A stretch of DNA of 62,323 nucleotides, counting the filler, from Aduncisulcus paluster (lineage: Eukaryota): assembly GCA_024181965.1 (NCBI GenBank). It is 4 parts of 4 records of this genome, joined end to end, with 100 filler letters (N's around TTAATTAATTAA, not from the genome) between each part and the next. Parts side by side here need not be neighbours in the genome. Positions count along the whole stretch, not along the records: positions 32,209 to 62,323 come from BQXS01009963.1; 3 more parts are not named here. One strand, given 5' to 3'. The position numbers were made by a program, and so were the translations under genes. Positions 44,801 through 56,211 of the stretch are shown here, piece after piece (the first letter of the stretch is position 1; each line of letters begins with the position of its first letter). A model generated the notes under the pieces. It saw only the letters and a program-made list of their open reading frames with translations, made no database searches and was not told the DNA's origin.

Positions 44801-47800
44801 AGGGACATAACCCCGGAGAGCGCCTCGAGATGGTTCCTCCTCTTCTTCATCTTCATCACCAGTTCCCTCTTTGTGCAGATGTGGCAGAGATTCGGGGATA
44901 CAGAGAGTCTCAAGGAGAGATATAACCTCCTCAATGTCCTGTTCTCTTTTATAACGCAGATTTGTAGCACATCTAAAGAGAGATATGACGGTCATGAGCT
45001 CTGAGGGGAATAGGAAGCATGAGTCTGCACTTCGATGGAGGTGAGAACGAAGAGATATCATGTCACGTACAGCNNNNNNNNNNNNNNNNNNNNAATCAGT
45101 GGGAGCAGACAAGGAAGAGACATCATCGGAGGGACATAACCCCGGAGAGCGCCTCGAGATGGTTCCTCCTCTTCTTCATCTTCATCACCAGTTCCCTCTT
45201 TGTGCAGATGTGGCAGAGATTCGGGGATACAGAGAGTCTCAAGGAGAGATATAACCTCCTCAATGTCCTGTTCTCTTTTATAACGCAGATTTGTAGCACA
45301 TCTAAAGAGAGATATGACGGTCATGAGCTCTGAGGGGAATAGGAAGCATGAGTCTGCACTTCGATGGAGGTGAGAACGAAGAGATATCATGTCACGTACA
45401 GCTTCTTCAACATATTTCGAACATAAGACCATAGTAGACGGAAGGGTCGGCATCTCGAGAGACACAGTGGAACAGGCACATATGGTTTCCTTAATCATAG
45501 AGTCGAACATCATCGGGGCAACTTCACTGAGACCATAGTCAATAAGAGACATATGCCGAATGATCCTTCCTTTCCCCTCATCGGGATCAGTAACCATAAC
45601 AGAACGTCCATAGAGGATGTACCACATAACATCATGTCCAGATACCATAATCCCCTGATGAGCAACCGGAAGACCGGCTGTGGCCGACACACCATCAATC
45701 AGGTTGTGAACAAGACCATGTGTGACGAAGCACTTGGCAATACGTTGTAGCAAGTGACATAGAGCGAGGAGGGACAAGTGGGTGAGAGGACGAGGATATA
45801 TAGGTTTGAAGGCAGACTCGGAACCAAAGGAAGAGGGGGAAGATGCAGTCATCGAAGTCACAGAAGAAGCAAATGGGAACCCAAACTCAGACAAAAAGGC
45901 CAATATGTTACACAGACGACTTGAAATAACATTAGAATCACCCAACTCAAGGGATTCTACCACCGGTATATCAAGGAGAGACAACAAATCACGGACGACA
46001 GCGCAGGAAGCGTCGATAACATAAGTCTCGCTGGAAAGATTCAAATAATGGCATACCTGATCGGTGACATGACCATACAGAGTCGATGAACTAGAGATTG
46101 GCATGGCATATGCATATTTGGAGTCAATAGTGGAGGATAGACGACCAGAGAGTGACATATGACCGAAAACACGGACAATAAACTCAAGGGCTGAAGCGTA
46201 TGATGCTCTGAGATGACCTTTTGAGGAAGTTCTTTGGATATGTTTCCCAGATCCCCCAGACCTCACAGACTCAGCTCCAGTGATACTATACTGTCCAGAC
46301 TCTGTGTACGATTGCGAGTGTTCCTCTGAGAAGTCGTGATCCTTCGAGATACTGTCACCAGAGTCCCTGTCGAAGCTTTCGTGCTCACTCATTCCAATGG
46401 CATCATATGAGGAACTTCTGTGAATATGACTTTCACTACTCTTTCTTCCTTTTCCAAATGGACCCATCATGTACCTTTCGACAGCAATAGGTCTCTCCAT
46501 GATCCACCACAAGAGTTCCTCACAGCATGTCCGTGGTCCCCACACATTACACACGAAGATACAGAGACGCAGCATCGAAGGAGGGAGTAAAGAAGTCAAG
46601 GAAGCAGTGGAACTAGAGCTGCCAGAGCCAGTGGAGGCACGAGAAGTGCCAGAAGGAGACAGTAAGGGAGGCAAAAGAGCAGCGGAAGGAGAGTGTGGGT
46701 CACACAGAGCTTCTACACTCAAGTATTTGTCACACAAGTCAAGGGAAAGATACTTATAACTGGAAGAATCATCACAAGGGCTCTTACGGAGTTCTTTGGG
46801 CCGCTTAAAGTCACCGTGGCGACCACGCCGTCCATTCCAGACGTAACTAAACAGGACCCTAGGTTGACATGAGGTGAATACATGAATGCGAGAAGATACA
46901 ATACATGCTATCCTGGCCGGATGAGTGCTCCCAAAGAAATTATTGGAGGTTTCCGAGATGGAGAAAGGAAGGAAGAGGGAGGGTTTTGATGAAGATAGAG
47001 GTTTGACGTGGACTTCTTCAACGNNNNNNNNNNNNNNNNNNNNCCATTCCAGACGTAACTAAACAGGACCCTAGGTTGACATGAGGTGAATACATGAATG
47101 CGAGAAGATACAATACATGCTATCCTGGCCGGATGAGTGCTCCCAAAGAAATTATTGGAGGTTTCCGAGATGGAGAAAGGAAGGAAGAGGGAGGGTTTTG
47201 ATGAAGATAGAGGTTTGACGTGGACTTCTTCAACGAAAGGTGGCAGTTCACCAGAGTCACCGTCAACTGTGATCATATCTTCCTTCAATTTATCCTTCTC
47301 ACCAACCATTCCAACCCTACTCCTTATAAAGGCTTCTCCAGGACGATCTACCACTTCCTCTTCCTCCTCTTCCTCCTCCTCCGATGATTCGGAACGATCA
47401 GAATCGAGATCTTTCCTCTCCCGACAAGTTGATCCTCTTTTCCTCCGTATAGATAGCACATTGAATTCCTTCAAAACAAGGTAGTCTGAGGAGACACACA
47501 TGAACACGGTGTCTCTAGAGCAACACACATCGTGTACAGTGAATTGAAAGGGAGGAAGAAGGGCAGGAAGGGTGACACAACCACATGGGCTGGGCCAAAC
47601 AGGCACATGAGAAGGAGGGAAGGTTGTTGTTGGATATAACAGAGAAGTTGAGGGTCGAAAAAGACCAGAGGAATAACAACCTTCCAAAGGATTTGCATGA
47701 AGTATTTGATCAGGGTTCTTAAACCGGAGAGTGAGAGGAATCCTTGTACCGTCAGTGAGAACACACATTCCTACGATAGTCCCGTATAAATGTGGGATGG

Positions 47801-49229
47801 AACAGGGATAAAAGAATGCCGGAACAGGGATTGGAGTATGAACTAACTCTTTTTCAAGTTTAGCGAGTTCAGCAGGATCACCCTCAACCTCCTCGAGCAT
47901 AATCTTCTTGATATCATCCACACTAAATTCCTTCACCTCTTTGCCACCTTCCATTGGTCGCTCCAGGGCCAAACTGCCGGCGAAACACAGGCTTTCTCCG
48001 GTGTGGACGAACAAACGAGTGACTTTCGCTTTGCATCCATCTGGAGCATCGGCGGGAGGGTAGAATGAAGAGACAGGATTGCTGTTATAGTGGTAACAGG
48101 CAAGCATCGATGGAGACTTCGAGAATACCCAAATAAGCCGGTTAACAGAATCACAATAGACTTTACGACCATCACTGCGACGAAAAGCTGCCGAGAGATG
48201 TCTTTGCAGGAATAAACGATCAACAAAGCGAATATGGCCATCACAAACTTTTCGAATAACTTTTTTGTTCAAATAATTAAGAATTCCACGAACTATTCGG
48301 TCGAGTAATCCGAGAGCCTTGGCTTCCTTATATGATTCAAAATCTCTCTCTTTAATAATAGAAATCACTTCAGAAGCACTCAAGGTACCGTGAACTTCCT
48401 TCATTGATTCGGAAACCATGCGTAAAAAGCCATAAGATGTTTGTCCGGTGAATGGTGGGAATGTCTTCCCATCAATTAAACTTGGAGTTTTTAGATGCTC
48501 AAAATGGTTAATCCAAGCAAGTTCAACATCAATAAGATACAATAAACTCCCAGAATCATTTGTTGTCGCGAATACAATAGAATCCATAGTAGCAAATGAG
48601 GAGACCACAACAGGAGACTTCACAGATATGGAATGTTCTTCCGCAATCATTTGTGAAATAGGTTGCCCTTCAGATTTGTTTGCAGGAATGAAATGAATGG
48701 ACGAAGAAGTTGCGACAACTATCACATACCGGTAATCAGTTTTAAAATATGACAAAAACAATTTTCTAATTCGTTTAGATGCTTCTACAATTGTACATTG
48801 AGTAATAATATCTTGGCAGCCTCCATAAAGGACAAAAGAAGAATCTCTTCTATTATGGGGGAATAAGGCAAGTTGAGTATCAAAAGAGAACCATAAACAC
48901 TCTAATTTTGGTAAAGAACCAGCATATGCTTTTAACTGAACGTTTGAAAGGTATCCCGAGAGTGCAGCTGGAATTGGTTGTGAATCATCAATGGTTTCCA
49001 AAACTGTGTGGTTGAATTCATATTGTTGTTTGAAAATCACCCCTGGGGTTTTAGGATAACTATTATTATCAAGACTAAGTAGCTTAGAAAGAGGAATAGA
49101 TTCATTCTTATCTCCGAATTCTTTCAATAGATGTTCGGCAACAATTTTAGTCCCTTCAACATCCTTTTCAGGTGGTAACGGATGACTTAGTTCATGTAAT
49201 AATTCTTTAAGATTTCTTCTATCCGACAT
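41828..49229 (-). CDS. NUP155: Nucleoporin Nup155/Nup170 homolog (about 2286 aa once two gap-flanking duplications are collapsed)
   Basis: N-terminal IPAALSGYL...AYAGSLPKLECLWFSFDTQLALF...FVLYGGCQDIITQCTIV...YVIVVATSSSIHFI resembles the start of the Nup155 beta-propeller. 7402-329-212=6861 nt, a single frame joining ORFs 46908-49229, 45058-46737 and 41828-45112. Confidence 0.72.
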
Positions 49230-49389
49230 TACTGCGAAAAGCCTAGTCTTGCATCTAAACGCTGCTATTCACCTGCAATAGCTCAAATTTATTAATGCAC
49301 ATTCTCAACAATATCAATTTCATAAAATGAAACCATTTAATAAATTTATTCTAAAAAAGAAGGTGACGAATGCAACAATTTTCGTTGAA

Positions 49390-50148
49390 TCACTTCTTAA
49401 ATGCTGAAAGAGCCCGTAAATCAAGCATAATAGCATTGGAACTTTGATAATATCCAACATCATCCTGATAATCCCTTATATCGCTCTTTGTGAATGGTAT
49501 TTCGTGCGAAACACTTTCATAATATCTAATCGCTTCTTCTATAAGGATATCCCGCATTTCATTATATTCTTTTTCGTATTCAACTTCTGTTTTATCTTCT
49601 ACCCTTCTTTCAGATAAGTATTCTTTCACATCTGTTCCGTGAAGTTCACCTTTCTCTTTCATTCCAGAAAACATTTGAGGAAGCCCTGGTGCCGCCGCTG
49701 TACCACCCATTCTCTGCATCATACCTGCCTTATGACCCATGGTTCCGGCTGAATGATCCTCCAATCTTTTGCGAACATGATCATCCCTACCCCCGCCACC
49801 ACGTTCATCTCTATATTTTTCACGCATTCTTTCATCATGATCAACAGTGGCATCAATATCAAAAATTGGTTCAGACGTGTTCTTGGTGAAAAAGATGGTT
49901 TGATTTGGAGCTGGTATGAGTTTTGCAAGTATTTTAGACCCTTCTTCAACAACTCCCGTAAGAACAGGATGTTTTAAATCTGTTTTATATAAAATTAAGT
50001 CATAAAATCCATCTCCAAGCCCCAATTTCTCTGCTATGGCTTCCTTGAGCTCAGCCAAAGATAGTGACTTCCTTCCATATTTTAATATAATTTCTTGATT
50101 GGGTTTTGACTCTATCCATGATGTTTGTCTAAAGGATATTTTCCCCAT
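49390..50148 (-). CDS. DWNN (ubiquitin-like) domain protein, RBBP6/Mpe1-like N-terminus
   Basis: MGKISFRQTS...SLSLAELKEAIAEKLGLG...DLILY...VEEGSKILAKLIPA follows the DWNN pattern. First plausible ATG at 50148. No zinc knuckle or RING. Confidence 0.62.
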   Translation of the reverse strand: MGKISFRQTSWIESKPNQEIILKYGRKSLSLAELKEAIAEKLGLGDGFYDLILYKTDLKHPVLTGVVEEGSKILAKLIPAPNQTIFFTKNTSEPIFDIDATVDHDERMREKYRDERGGGGRDDHVRKRLEDHSAGTMGHKAGMMQRMGGTAAAPGLPQMFSGMKEKGELHGTDVKEYLSERRVEDKTEVEYEKEYNEMRDILIEEAIRYYESVSHEIPFTKSDIRDYQDDVGYYQSSNAIMLDLRALSAFKK

Positions 50149-50289
50149 TAGCGCCCAAACTTGGATTTTTATTATATAGCAGTTATGCATCCATCCCATT
50201 TAATATGATCCGTATTATTCAAAATAATATCATATTTATTTAAGATTTATGAGAATATACTGGTTGAAACATGTTTGGTTTGGATTACA

Positions 50290-50726
50290 CACATTCCCCC
50301 CGTCACGGAGCTGGCAAAACGGTTTTGCCTCTAAGCTGATTTCTGAGGCTAAAACAAGATGTGGTCCAGATGTGGAAATAGTTCTATGCATTGGTGATGC
50401 ATCTTTTTCCGCGAGTGGAAGGGGACACTCGTCAAGTCATGGGGTATCAACTTCCTTATCAATTTGTTTGATCATGTTTTTGTTCCCGAATTCCGTACAT
50501 CTAAACTTTCTTTTTGCTGTCATTCAAATACCAGCAGTGTATTCGGAATACAGTATTCCACGAAGGAAAGCTCATGCCACGTCTCAGACAATGCACAAAA
50601 TGCCACAGGATATGCAATAGAGATATCAATGCTGCACTAAACATTGCTTTCCTCGAAAAATTTGTGGCTACATCTTCTTGGGAGGAAAGACCAGTTCAGT
50701 TTAAAAGAGAAACAAGGAAAGAGTAA
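50290..50726 (+). pseudogene. Fanzor1/TnpB-family RNA-guided nuclease remnant (C-terminal RuvC-II, zinc finger, RuvC-III), 5'-truncated, two frameshifts
   Basis: Three successive frames give ...IVLCIGDASFSASGRGHSSSHG / INFLINLFDHVFVPEFRTSKLSFCCHS / ...RLRQCTKCHRICNRDINAALNIAFL......ERPVQFKRE*. The 5' boundary is approximate. Confidence 0.85.
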
Positions 50727-51401
50727 TCTATGCTTTTTATGTTTTTATGTTTTTATTTGTATTTTTAATTTCTTTTGGTTCTTTTTTATCTTTGACTCTT
50801 CTGTTTTTCTGTTGCATTTCTGGATGTTTTTCTATCAGAATCATCCTGGTTTTTACTTTTATTTCTTCCTCTATTTTGGTTTTTTCTATGAAGCATTTAC
50901 TTTTCACCTCCTATGTTATGACTTTCGAGCTGTAATATTTGGCGGAGCTGTGCGTTTTATACTGTCTCTTCTTATAAAGCACAATTGAAAATAAATATCC
51001 TTTTGGGTTTTTGCATAAAATACAATTTCTAAGGCTGCTCTTGAAAGCAATATTATTGCAGTATCGAATTTGCCTCACCTCCACACCTGCTTTTGTCACT
51101 TCTTGAGAGTATTATTCAAGGATATTTTTATAAAAACCTCTATTTTTAATACCAAATTGCCTTTTTGACAGCAATAGATGAAAAAACAAGATAATCATAA
51201 TGAGATTAGTGAAGTGATTTCACAGCCCTCATTATTTCTTAAAAAGAAAGGGAGCGATGATATCTCTCTCTTGAAATCTCAAATATCTGAGTTAAAGGAA
51301 CAAATTTTAAAATTATTATTTACCCTTTTTTTAATCTTGTCACCCCTTGCGAAATTATTATTATGAATCTATTTTCCATTTCTCTCTGATTATATGATAG
51401 A

Positions 51402-54400
51402 ATGTCAAACAAAATATATTCATTGAGGAAGTTTTATCTACTTCTACGAGATAATTTCTATTCCTATGGATTAGATAGTAGATTTTTGTATGTATGCATT
51501 TTGTGCCTATTTTTCGAATATTTTGACCGATTTTCATATGTATATTGTAGATTTACTGATCTTTTATGATGATTGTATCATCTTTCAGAATGTATTCTTC
51601 AATTATTCCTCTTTTTCTATTTGGTGTCATATATGGAATATCCCTTGGATATTCTTCGAATATTAGTGAATCATCAAACTTTTACTACATTTCTACCTTC
51701 TATTTTTTCTGTCTTTCTTTATGCTCCCTCACCCATACAAAAGCTGAGCTCTCTGATCGTTCCACCGATTATTATTCATCATATATTGTCAAAAACAATG
51801 TATTTATTTTCTATTTATGCCGAATATTATCTTCATTTGTTTTCACCGTCCCTTGTTTGTTGTTCTTCATCATCACAACTCTCGGTGCCCTTAGTTCCAT
51901 TTCAATAGTCCATCGATTGACTCTTTCCTTCATCATATTATGCTCACATCTGTCATCTTTTATAATATATTGTTCATTATCACTAATAATTGTTAGGAGA
52001 TTAGCTAGAAACCATTCCAAAGCTTTAAATATTACTTCCCACCAGTTCCATCTTTTCTTCAGCAATGGCGAGAAATTCAAGCTGGATTCTTTCTCATTTT
52101 TGCTCGTTATTCTTGTTTTCTCCATGTGGATCATTGTGTCTCAGTGCACTGTGGATTGGTTAGACATTGCTTACATTCCTGCTTCGATATGTATTCTTCA
52201 ATTATTCCTCTTTTTCTATTTGGTGTCATATATGGAATATCCCTTGGATATTCTTCGAATATTAGTGAATCATCAAACTTTTACTACATTTCTACCTTCT
52301 ATTTTTTCTGTCTTTCTTTATGCTCCCTCACCCATACAAAAGCTGAGCTCTCTGATCGTTCCACCGATTATTATTCATCATATATTGTCAAAAACAATGT
52401 ATTTATTTTCTATTTATGCCGAATATTATCTTCATTTGTTTTCACCGTCCCTTGTTTGTTGTTCTTCATCATCACAACTCTCGGTGCCCTTAGTTCCATT
52501 TCAATAGTCCATCGATTGACTCTTTCCTTCATCATATTATGCTCACATCTGTCATCTTTTATAATATATTGTTCATTATCACTAATAATTGTTAGGAGAT
52601 TAGCTAGAAACCATTCCAAAGCTTTAAATATTACTTCCCACCAGTTCCATCTTTTCTTCAGCAATGGCGAGAAATTCAAGCTGGATTCTTTCTCATTTTT
52701 GCTCGTTATTCTTGTTTTCTCCATGTGGATCATTGTGTCTCAGTGCACTGTGGATTGGTTAGACATTGCTTACATTCCTGCTTCGATATGTATTCTTCTG
52801 TCGATTATATTCCCACCTATCCTGCTATCTTCTGCATTAAAATACATATTATCCTCACAATATGCCACAGATACGTGGATATTGTTCCGGCATGCAGATG
52901 TTGTGTCATTGTCTCCATCGCTTGTGTGTTTTTGGTCTGTTTTGGGCTTCATTTTATCTGTTATATGGTTCGTTGTTGCATGTAAAAGGGCAAAGAAGTT
53001 AAAATCTTCTAAAGATACCACTCTTAAAATTGGTAAGAATTGGAAGCAAATTCTACATCAGAAAGAAGATGTGCTTCATCGTCGTCTTGATAAATATGAA
53101 AAATATCTTCATAAGGCTGTTCAAATCAATACAAAGAAGAAAACAATGGACTCCCCATCACTTTTGCTGCCAAGTTTCTCCTATGCTTCAAGCAATCCGT
53201 ACTCTCCAATCGACCTTCTTCTCTATCTAAAGCGTATCATTATCATCCTTGACAATCTAAAAATGTCTGAATCCGTGCGATCAGAGTCATATATGGAAGC
53301 GTACCAACTATCAATTAAGATGAAAGAGGCTCTGGGGGTGTACAGCTCTGTCTTCATGAAGGATAAACCAGCATTCGAAGTTGGTGTGGATTCTGAACCA
53401 GCTCATGATAATCAACAAGAAGAAGGATCAATGGTTCAACAAAGACCAATGCCATCAAACATTACCCCTTTCCTTGGGTTTCCATATGATATTCCCATCT
53501 CAGCTGTATCACGAGTCATTTCATTCTTTGAATCCCTTGTTCATGGCATGAGCGATGAAAGTTTGATTGTTGTGGGCTTTCCTGCTTCTTTTCTTGGATC
53601 TCTCCTCCTTCCTTCCTCGAGTGAAAAAATGAATGCCATGTGTCCGCATATCTGTGGCTCCATTATGGATATTTCAATCAGAAGACCTCCAAGATTCAAC
53701 TTTACTTTGATGAGTAATCGGATCTTTAGATCTTTCTTTAACACTTCGATTCTAACTCAAGCTAGGCTGCTGGAAAGAAGAGGAATGGGTTGTGCAGAAG
53801 AATCCTCAAAATTAGTGAAAATGAGGAAGAAAGATCCCCATTCTAAAATAAGTTCCTCAAAAATTCACATTTCCAAAGAAAAAACAAAGAAAAAGAAGCA
53901 AACAGGTCTTGGCCTTTTCTCGAGAGGTAAGGAATCACCGATAAATTTACATTTTGTCACAGATAATATCCCGAAAGAACAAGAACCATTGCCTTCCTCG
54001 GGATCAGATTTGTTAACAATCAAGAGTATGATTAGTGACAAGGTGAAATTGAAGGAAAAACAAATGTTGGTCCAAAAAGCAAAAACATTGAAAAAAATCA
54101 GGAAAAAAGAAGACCAATTAAAGAAACAAAAGTCTGAAATGTCGATTATATTCCCACCTATNNNNNNNNNNNNNNNNNNNNCTAAAATAAGTTCCTCAAA
54201 AATTCACATTTCCAAAGAAAAAACAAAGAAAAAGAAGCAAACAGGTCTTGGCCTTTTCTCGAGAGGTAAGGAATCACCGATAAATTTACATTTTGTCACA
54301 GATAATATCCCGAAAGAACAAGAACCATTGCCTTCCTCGGGATCAGATTTGTTCACAATCAAGAGTATGATTAGTGACAAGGTGAAATTGAAGGAAAAAC

Positions 54401-56154
54401 AAATGTTGGTCCAAAAAGCAAAAACATTGAAAAAAATCAGGAAAAAAGAAGACCAATTAAAGAAACAAAAGTCTGAAATTAATATGACATCAGTCAAACA
54501 ACCATCCCCATCTTCCTCTGTGTCTTCCACGTCTTCTGTTTCCTCTACAAGTAGCAGTGATATGCCTCCATTCCCATCATTCGTCTCACATCTCAGTGTT
54601 TTCCCCTCCATTTTACTTGTTCGTCGCGGAAGGATAACCTGTTTCATGTGTATGGATTCCTATAGTGCTGCCAATATCCTCTATATGTTCTCACACCAGG
54701 GTATCGATGGTTCCGAAACGAGACGCAAGGCAGCCGTATCCATGTTCATAACGAGTGTACACGATTCTGATGTTCAATTAAGCAAGAATAAGAGATCTCA
54801 CAAGAAAGTCAAAGCAGCGAGGAAGAATTTATTTTCTTTTGTCAGAGATGAAACGTTATCATCATATTCAACGTTGTTTCAGGACGTAACGATATTACCT
54901 TTCGAAACCTACACAAAATATACATTTCCTGTTGTTATTGCGGGTTTCCATCCCCACACCACTCCACAATTGACATTATTCCATAATATGGTGTTTTACT
55001 TGGAATTCTTTGGGTTTTCAAGGAAAAAACCAAGCGAATATGATAAAAGGGGTGTGACAACTGCTGAAAAATTCGACAGTTTAAAAGAACGAAAGAGAAA
55101 AGCCAAGCAAGCAATTTTGTCAATCGAGAAGTTGTCTTCGATTGCATCCACCAGTGTGAATGCAAGATCAGTTGTGGCAAACATCCTTTTACATTTTTCC
55201 TTCGAAATATATGCGTACTTACCTATTCATTTTGTTCCAGATCACATTGTAAGGATGTGTATCGCATTGTGTTTGTTGGTTTCCGATCGTGAAATGATCG
55301 TACTTGATCTTCCCTTGTTGGGGCTGAACGATATGCTCCGTAAAAAGTTCCTTAGAGTGTGTGTTTTTCTTCAGGAGTTACAAACTCTTCCTTATTTCCT
55401 GAGTACATCGTTTGATTCAACTTCTACATTAAAATTACTACGTAAACTTAAAGAAATAGTTTCCATTGTGGATTCTCGATTGTCTGATGACACAAAGAAG
55501 TTTTCAACCCCTCAACAAGTTATTGATATTCTCATTTCACATGAAGATTTTCTTTTATTCGCATGTCTTATCCAAAGATCTTTACTTTGTGCACCTTATC
55601 AATTGAAGAAAACAATAATATTTGTCGGAACAATGAAAGATGATTTTGGGGGAATAGCGGATGAGTATTTTGTTGTAAAACAGAATGTCATTGTCGCAGC
55701 AGGTCCTATTTCCAAGATTAAACAACTTAAATATATAATTTCGATTGATTTTGGAATATATCCCGAAAGAATTCAAAAGGGGGATAATATTCAAGATATC
55801 ATTTTTAAAGCATTTAAAAGGCTCAAAGAACACATTCCAAAAGTAATTATGGAATCATACCGCAATCAAACATTGCAGTTGTCCCTTCCCGTTCATGAAG
55901 ATGAGATTTTATTAGTTCTTGTGAATATTCTCGACTCTGAACGAAAAAAAGACCAGAGAGAAGTTAAAGAATACGTTAGAGGTGGTCCATCAAGTGTTAC
56001 AAGAGAAGAAGGCGATGCGACAAGGATTCATGAGAGAGATATTGAGGCTGGCTTCGATCGAGAATCAAATCGAATTACCTCTGGAAAGAAATGGTTCATT
56101 AGGAAATATAGCATCGATTTGCAGTCAAGATTTCCCATATTTAACTCAAAATAA
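51402..56154 (+). CDS. ABCA-like half transporter with degenerate NBD; exon 1 51402-51487, intron 51488-51588, exon 2 interrupted by duplications (about 1237 aa corrected)
   Basis: GTATGT...TACTGAT...CAG phase-2 intron joins in frame. Multi-TM N-terminus. NBD-like blocks VRRGRITCFMC, LTLFHNMVFYLEFFG, RMCIALCLLVSDREMIVLDLPLLGLNDMLRKKF and KTIIFVGTMKDD...ADEYFVV....IVAAGPISKIK. Confidence 0.7.
51590..52798. repeat. 599-bp tandem duplication without N gap, bounded by 11-bp microhomology ATGTATTCTTC
   Basis: 51590-52199 matches 52189-52798. It causes a frameshift between ORFs 51566-52507 and 52126-56154. Confidence 0.9.
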
Positions 56155-56211
56155 ATATAAACCAGTCAACTACAAAATGTAATTCATATCCAGTGTATCT
56201 TTTTGACTCAA

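Noticed and set aside
51178-51366. 62-aa ORF as exon 1 of the ABCA-like gene or part of the Fanzor element
   Set aside because: The ABCA-like gene has its own in-frame exon 1 at 51402. This ORF has no motif and no splice link.
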